Source: Auanema rhodensis (Eukaryota; Animalia; Nematoda). Taken from it: a stretch of DNA of 64,000 nt. The position numbers were made by a program, and so were the translations under genes. This document shows, piece after piece, positions 56,501 through 64,000 of this stretch. Below the pieces are notes generated by a model that saw only the letters and a list, made by a program, of their open reading frames with translations, was not told the origin of the DNA and ran no database searches. The stretch is from positions 1,922,001-1,986,000 of the forward strand of contig OZ059896.1 in the NCBI GenBank assembly GCA_964057225.1. Direction: 5' to 3'. The first letter of the stretch is position 1. Each line of letters begins with the position of its first letter.

Positions 56501-59500
56501 TTTATTCCATGAACAGGATACGAAAGAAAGTTATAACAAGTCATGGTAAAATCAAGTATTAAAAACAAAAAAAAAGTATCAAGAAGCATTTTCAGTAAGA
56601 AAACATGAAGAAATTTTAACAAATACAAATAAGAATGAGAAAATTATCAAGAAATGTACAAAGTATACTAGAGTAAACTATTATTTATTCCATGAACAGG
56701 ATACGAAAGAAAGTAATATCAAGTCATGATAAAATCAAGTATTAAAAACAAAGAAGAAGTATCAAGAAGGATTTTCAATAAGAAAACATGAAGAAATTTT
56801 AACAAATACAAAGAAGAATGAGAAAATTATCAAGAAATGTATAACGTATTATAGAGTATCAGTAAACATTTAAAATATGAACAGGTTTCAAAAAAAGTAA
56901 TATCAATTCATGGGAAAATCGAGTTTTAAAAGCAAAGAAGAAGTATCAAGAAGGATTTTCAGTAAGAAAACATGAAGAAATTTTTAAGAATACAAAGAAG
57001 AATGAGAAAATTATCAAGAAATGTACAAAGTATACTAGAGTAAATAATTATTTACTACATGAACAAGATACGAAAGAAAGTAATATCAAGTCATGATAAA
57101 ATCAAGTTTTAAAAACAAAAAAAAGTATCAAGAAGCATTTTCAGTAAGAAAACATGAAGAAATTTTAACAAATACAAATAAGAATGAGAAAATTATCAAG
57201 AGATATATAACGTACTATAGAGTATCAGTAAACATTTTAAATATGAACAGGTTTCAAAAAAAGTTATAACAAGTCATGGTAAAATCAAGTTTTAAAAGCA
57301 AAGAAGAAGTATCAAGAAGGATTTTCAGTAAGAAAACATGAAGAAATTTTAACAAATACAAAAAAGAATGACAAAATTATCGAAAGATGTACAAAGTATA
57401 CTAGAGTATCAGTAAACATTTAAAATATGAACAGGTTTCAACAAAAGTAAAATCAAGTCATGATAAAATCAAGTATTAAAAACAAAAAAAAAGTATCAAG
57501 AAGCATTTTCAGTAAGAAAACAGGAAGAAATTTTAACAAATACAAAAAAGAATGAGAAAATTATAAAGAGATGTACAAAATATACTAGAGTAAAATATTA
57601 TTTATTCCATGAACATGATACGAAAGAAAGTTATAACAAGTCATGGTAAAATCAAGTATTAAAAACAAAAAAAAGTATCAAGAAGCATCTTCAGTAGGAA
57701 AACATGAAGAAATTTTAACAAATACACAGAAGAATGAGAAAATTATCAAGAGATATATAACGTACTATAGAGTATCAGTAAACATTTTAAATATGAACAG
57801 GTTTCAAAAAAAGTTATAACAAGTCATGGTAAAATCAAGTTTTAAAAGCAAAGAAGAAGTATCAAGAAGGATTTTCAGTAAGAAAACATGAAGAAATTTT
57901 AACAAATACAAAAAAGAATGAGAAAATTATCGAAAGATGCATAACATATTATAGAGTATCAGTAAACATTTGAAATATGAACAGGTTTCAAAAAAAGTAA
58001 TATCAATTCATGGGGAAGTATTAAAAGCAGAGAAGAAGTATCAAGAAGGATTTTCAGTAAGAAAACATGAAGAAATTTTTAACAAATACAAAGAAGAATG
58101 AGAAAATTATCAAGAGATATATAACGTACTATAGAGTATCAGTAAACATTTTAAATATGAACAGGTTTCAAAAAAAGTTATAACAAGTCATGGTAAAATC
58201 AAGTTTTAAAAGCAAAGAAGAAGTATCAAGAAGGATTTTCAGTAAGAAAACATGAAGAAATTTTAACAAATACAAAAAAGAATGAGAAAATTATCGAAAG
58301 ATGCATAACATATTATAGAGTATCAGTAAACATTTGAAATATGAACAGGTTTCAAAAAAAGTAATATCAATTCATGGGGAAGTATTAAAAGCAGAGAAGA
58401 AGTATCAAGAAGGATTTTCAGTAAGAAAACATGAAGAAATTTTTAACAAATACAAAGAAGAATGAAAAAATTATCAAGAGATGCATAACGTATTATAGAG
58501 TATCAGTAAACATTTAAAATATGAACAGGTTTCAAAAAAAGTTATAACAAGTCATGGTAAAATCAAGTTTTAAAAGCAAAGAAGAAGTATCAAGAAGGAT
58601 TTTCAGTAAGAAAACATGAAGAAATTTTAACAAATACAAAAAAGAATGAGAAAATTATCGAAAGATGCATAACATATTATAGAGTATCAGTAAACATTTG
58701 AAATATGAACAGGTTTCAAAAAAAGTAATATCAATTCATGGGGAAGTATTAAAAGCAGAGAAGAAGTATCAAGAAGGATTTTCAGTAAGAAAACATGAAG
58801 AAATTTTCAAGAATACAAAGAAGAATGAGAAAATTATCAGGAGATGTACAAAGTATACTAGAGTAAACTATTATTTATTCCATGAACAGGATACGAAAGA
58901 AAGTTATAACAAGTCATGGTAAAATCAAGTATTAAAAACAAAAAAAAGTATCAAGAAGCATTTTCAGTAAGAAAACATGAAGAAATTTTAACAAATACAA
59001 ATAAGAATGAGAAAATTATCAAGAGATATATAACGTACTATAGAGTATCAGTAAACATTTTAAATATGAACAGGTTTCAAAAAAAGTTATAACAAGTCAT
59101 GGTAAAATCAAGTTTTAAAAGCAAAGAAGAAGTATCAAGAAGGATTTTCAGTAAGAAAACATGAAGAAATTTTAACAAATACAAATAAGAATGAGAAAAT
59201 TATCAAGAAATGTACAAAGTATACTAGAGTAAACTATTATTTATTCCATGAACAGGATACGAAAGAAAGTTATAACAAGTCATGGTAAAATCAAGTATTA
59301 AAAACAAAAAAAAAGTATCAAGAAGCATTTTCAGTAAGAAAACATGAAGAAATTTTAACAAATACAAATAAGAATGAGAAAATTATCAAGAAATGTACAA
59401 AGTATACTAGAGTAAACTATTATTTATTCCATGAACAGGATACGAAAGAAAGTAATATCAAGTCATGATAAAATCAAGTATTAAAAACAAAGAAGAAGTA

Positions 59501-61692
59501 TCAAGAAGGATTTTCAATAAGAAAACATGAAGAAATTTTAACAAATACAAAGAAGAATGAGAAAATTATCAAGAAATGTATAACGTATTATAGAGTATCA
59601 GTAAACATTTAAAATATGAACAGGTTTCAAAAAAAGTAATATCAATTCATGGGAAAATCGAGTTTTAAAAGCAAAGAAGAAGTATCAAGAAGGATTTTCA
59701 GTAAGAAAACATGAAGAAATTTTTAAGAATACAAAGAAGAATGAGAAAATTATCAAGAAATGTACAAAGTATACTAGAGTAAATAATTATTTACTACATG
59801 AACAAGATACGAAAGAAAGTAATATCAAGTCATGATAAAATCAAGTTTTAAAAACAAAAAAAAGTATCAAGAAGCATTTTCAGTAAGAAAACAGGAAGAA
59901 ATTTTAACAAATACAAAAAAGAATGAGAAAATTATCAAGAGATGTACAAAATATACTAGAGTAAAATATTATTTATTCCATGAACATGATACGAAAGAAA
60001 GTTATAACAAGTCATGGTAAAATCAAGTATTAAAAACAAAAAAAAGTATCAAGAAGCATCTTCAGTAGGAAAACATGAAGAAATTTTAACAAATACACAG
60101 AAGAATGAGAAAATTATCAAGAGATATATAACGTACTATAGAGTATCAGTAAACATTTTAAATATGAACAGGTTTCAAAAAAAGTTATAACAAGTCATGG
60201 TAAAATCAAGTTTTAAAAGCAAAGAAGAAGTATCAAGAAGGATTTTCAGTAAGAAAACATGAAGAAATTTTAACAAATACAAAAAAGAATGAGAAAATTA
60301 TCGAAAGATGCATAACATATTATAGAGTATCAGTAAACATTTGAAATATGAACAGGTTTCAAAAAAAGTAATATCAATTCATGGGGAAGTATTAAAAGCA
60401 GAGAAGAAGTATCAAGAAGGATTTTCAGTAAGAAAACATGAAGAAATTTTTAACAAATACAAAGAAGAATGAAAAAATTATCAAGAGATGCATAACGTAT
60501 TATAGAGTATCAGTAAACATTTAAAATATGAACAGGTTTCAAAAAAAGTTATAACAAATCATGGTAAAATCAAGTTTCAAAAGCAAAGAAGAAGTATCAA
60601 GAAGGATTTTCAATAAGAAAACATGAAGATATTTCAACAAATACAAATAAGAATGAGAAAATTATCAAGAGATATATAACGTACTATAGAGTATCAGTAA
60701 ACATTTTAAATATGAACAGGTTTCAAAAAAAGTTATAACAAGTCATGGTAAAATCAAGTTTTAAAAGAAAAGAAGAAGTATCAAGAAGGATTTTCAGTAA
60801 GAAAACATGAAGAAATTTTAACAAATACAAAAAAGAATGAGAAAATTATCGAAAGATGCATAACATATTATAGAGTATCAGTAAACATTTGAAATATGAA
60901 CAGGTTTCAAAAAAAGTAATATCAATTCATGGGGAAGTATTAAAAGCAGAGAAGAAGTATCAAGAAGGATTTTCAGTAAGAAAACATGAAGAAATTTTAA
61001 CAAATACAAAGAAGAATGAAAAAATTATCAAGAGATGCATAACGTATAATAGAGTATCAGTAAACATTTAAAATATGAACAGGTTTCAAAAAAAGTAATA
61101 TCATTTCATGGGGAAGTATTAAAAGCGAAGAAGAAGTATCAAGAAGGATTTTCAATAAGAAAACATGAAGAAATTTCAACAAATACAAATAAGAATGAGA
61201 AAATTATCAAGAGATGTACAAAGTATACTAGAGTAAACTATTATTTATTCCATGAACATGATACGAAAGAAAGTAATATCAAGTCAAGGTAAAATCAAGT
61301 ATTAAAAACAAAAAAAAGTATCAAGAAGCATTTTCAGTAAGATAACATGAAGAAATTTCAACAAATACAAATAAGAATGAGAAAATTATCAAGAGATGTA
61401 TAACATATTATAGAGTATCAGTAAACATTTAAAATATGAACAGGTTTCAAAAAAGGTAATATCATTTCATGGGGAAGTATTAAAAGCAAAGAAGAAGTAA
61501 CAAGAAGGATTTTCAATAAGAAAACATGAAGAAATTTCAACAAATACAAATAAGAATGAGAAAATTATCAAGAGATATATAACGTACTATAGAGTATCAG
61601 TAAACATTTTAAATATGAACAGGTTTCAAAAAAAGTTATAACAAGTCATGGTAAAATCAAGTTTTAAAAGCAAAGAAGAAGTATCAAGAAGG
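44583..61692 (+). repeat. Sat184 main array: 183-184-bp monomers (179-bp deletion variant), ~93 copies, A/purine-rich on + strand
   Basis: ATGAACAGGTTTC occurs at 44771, 44950, 45134, 45318, 45502 and 45685 (spacing 179/184/184/184/183). Several monomer subtypes and higher-order units are present. Confidence 0.98.
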
Positions 61693-61695
61693 TTC

Positions 61696-63364
61696 TTTCA
61701 TTCTTATTTGTATTTGTTGAAATTTCTTCATGTTTTCTTATTGAAAATCCTTCTTGATACTTCTTCTTTGCTTTTAATACTTCCCCATGAAATGATATTA
61801 CTTTTTTTGAAACCTGTTCATATTTTAAATGTTTACTGATACTCTATAATACGTTATGCATCTCTTGATAATTTTTTCATTCTTCTTTGTATTTGTTAAA
61901 ATTTCTTCATGTTTTCTTATTGAAAATCCTTCTTGATACTTCTTCTTTGCTTTTAATACTTCCCCATGAAATGATATTACTTTTTTTGAAACCTGTTCAT
62001 ATTTTAAATGTTTACTGATACTCTATAATACGTTATGCATCTCTTGATAATTTTTTCATTCTTCTTTGTATTTGTTAAAATTTCTTCATGTTTTCTTATT
62101 GAAAATCCTTCTTGATACTTCTTCTTTGCTTTTAATACTTCCCCATAAAATGATATTACTTTTTTCGAAATCTGTTCATATTTTAAATGTTTACTGATAC
62201 TCTATAATACGTTATGCATCTCTTGATAATTTTTTCATTCTTCTTTGTATTTGTTAAAATTTCTTCATGTTTTCTTACTGAAAATCCTTCTTGATACTTC
62301 TTCTCTGCTTTTAATACTTCCCCATGAATTGATATTACTTTTTTTGAAACCTGTTCATATTCCAAATGTTTACTGATACTCTATAATATGTTATGCATCT
62401 TTCGATAATTTTCTCATTCTTTTTTGTATTTGTTGAAATTTCTTCATGTTATCTTACTGAAAATGCTTCTTGATACTTTTTTTTGTTTTTAATACTTCCC
62501 CATGAAATGATATTACTTTTTTTGAAATCTGTTCATATTTTAAATGTTTACTGATACTCTATAATACGTTATGCATCTCTTGATAATTTTTTCATTCTTC
62601 TTTGTATTTGTTAAAATTTCTTCATGTTTTCTTATTGAAAATCCTTCTTGATACTTCTTCTTTGCTTTTAATACTTCCCCATGAAATGATATTACTTTTT
62701 TTGAAACCTGTTCATATTTTAAATGTTTACTGATACTCTATAATACGTTATGCATCTCTTGATAATTTTTTCATTCTTCTTTGTATTTGTTAAAATTTCT
62801 TCATGTTTTCTTACTGAAAATCCTTCTTGATACTTCTTCTCTGCTTTTAATACTTCCCCATGAATTGATATTACTTTTTTTGAAACCTGTTCATATTCCA
62901 AATGTTTACTGATACTCTATAATATGTTATGCATCTTTCGATAATTTTCTCATTCTTTTTTGTATTTGTTGAAATTTCTTCATGTTATCTTACTGAAAAT
63001 GCTTCTTGATACTTTTTTTTGTTTTTAATACTTCCCCATGAATTGATATTACTTTTTTTGAAACCTGTTCATATTTTAAATGTTTACTGATACTCTATAA
63101 TATGTTATACATCTCTTGATAATTTTCTCATTCTTATTTGTATTTGTTAAAATTTCTTCATGTTTTCTTAATGAAAATCCTTCTTGATACTTCTTCTTTG
63201 CTTTTAAAACTTGATTTCCCCATGAGTTGATATTACTTTTTTTGAAACCTGTTCATATTTTAAATGTTTACTGATACTCTATAATATGTTATACATCTCT
63301 TGATAATTTTCTCATTCTTATTTGTATTTGTTAAAATTTCTTCATGTTTTCTTACTGAAAATGC
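61696..63364 (-). repeat. Sat184 inverted block, ~9 monomers, mostly the 179-bp type
   Basis: Strand composition flips after ...GTATCAAGAAGG at 61692 and the sequence is the reverse complement of the array. A 536-bp trimer is duplicated (identical ORFs at 62183 and 62719). Confidence 0.97.
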
Positions 63365-63365
63365 A

Positions 63366-64000
63366 GGAAAATTTTTGTCAAAATGTTTTTGGAAGCAATG
63401 TTGAGTGTACATGGAAACTCAACATACACTAATGCATCATTTTTCAAACGATCATAACTAATTTTTGTATTGAGCGTTTCTCCATGTAGTATAGTGCATT
63501 CGATGCGGATTTTTAAGCTGCGTCGATCTGTGTTATCAGATTTGCGCTAGCTTGAAAATGCACCGAGATATCAACTGATATAGGTTCACACTTATATCCT
63601 CGATTTTCACCGTGAAGAATTAATTTTTTTGTTGAATAACAATGTCCATCGTCTTTGTCTTGAAAAAAGGAATCTAAAAACATCTACTTTTTGTGAAATT
63701 ATTTTGAAATTTTTCGGGAAACTTTTTGTCAAAATGTTTTTGGAAGCAATGTTGAGTGTACATGGAAACTCAACATACACTAATGCATCATTTTTCAAAG
63801 GATCATAACTAATTTTTGTATTGAGCGTTTCTTAATGTAGTATAGTGCATTCGATGCGGATTTTTAAGCTGGGTCGATCTGTGTTATCAGATTTGCGCTA
63901 CCTTAAAAATACACCGAGATATCAACTGATATAAGTTCACACTTATATCCTCGATTTTCACCCTGAAGAATTAATTTTTTTGTTGAATAACAATGTCCAT
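63366..64000. repeat. Sat351 resumes in the same orientation as the left array; continues off the right edge
   Basis: Begins GGAAAATTTTTGTCAAAATG (monomer position 264). The last monomers carry private changes (GGAAACTTTT, AAAGGATC, GCTGGGTCG, GCTACCTT). Confidence 0.97.

Noticed and set aside
49393-62901. Lys/Glu-rich 60-74-aa ORFs in Sat184
   Set aside because: These are chance open frames in A-rich repeats, present only in monomers with particular indels.
1-63364. Calling either satellite centromeric or naming a known family or species
   Set aside because: Monomer sizes near one and two nucleosome repeats are only suggestive. I do not recognise either sequence, and function cannot be read from sequence alone.
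1-64000. CRISPR array, or tandem 5S/tRNA/SL RNA gene array
   Set aside because: There are no unique spacers, and I recognise no 5S, tRNA or spliced-leader sequence in either monomer. An Rfam scan would confirm this.

Overview
The window is almost entirely eukaryotic satellite DNA and contains no intact protein-coding gene; the whole ORF track is a repeat artefact. Layout: (1) 1-42567, about 121 head-to-tail copies of a highly homogeneous 351-bp satellite (Sat351) with shifting 3-, 4-, 5- and 10-monomer higher-order units and a 51-nt hairpin in every monomer. (2) 42568-44346, a scrambled 1.8-kb junction of histone-locus debris. It holds two copies of a 354-bp block with a perfect replication-dependent histone 3' stem-loop (CCAAC-GGCCCT-CTTT-AGGGCC-ACA, the C-first-loop form known from C. 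elegans) fused directly onto Sat351, plus a TATA promoter with a 14-codon histone H4 N-terminal stub, interleaved with pieces of both satellites. (3) 44347-63364, a second, A-rich 179-184-bp satellite (Sat184) in minus / plus (17 kb) / minus orientation. (4) 63366-64000, Sat351 resumes in its original orientation. The stem-loop suggests an AT-rich nematode (inference). The most interesting observations are histone expression signals without histone coding sequence placed between two satellite arrays, and a nested 20.8-kb island whose breakpoints fall in or at the Sat351 hairpins. All coordinates and counts were read by eye.
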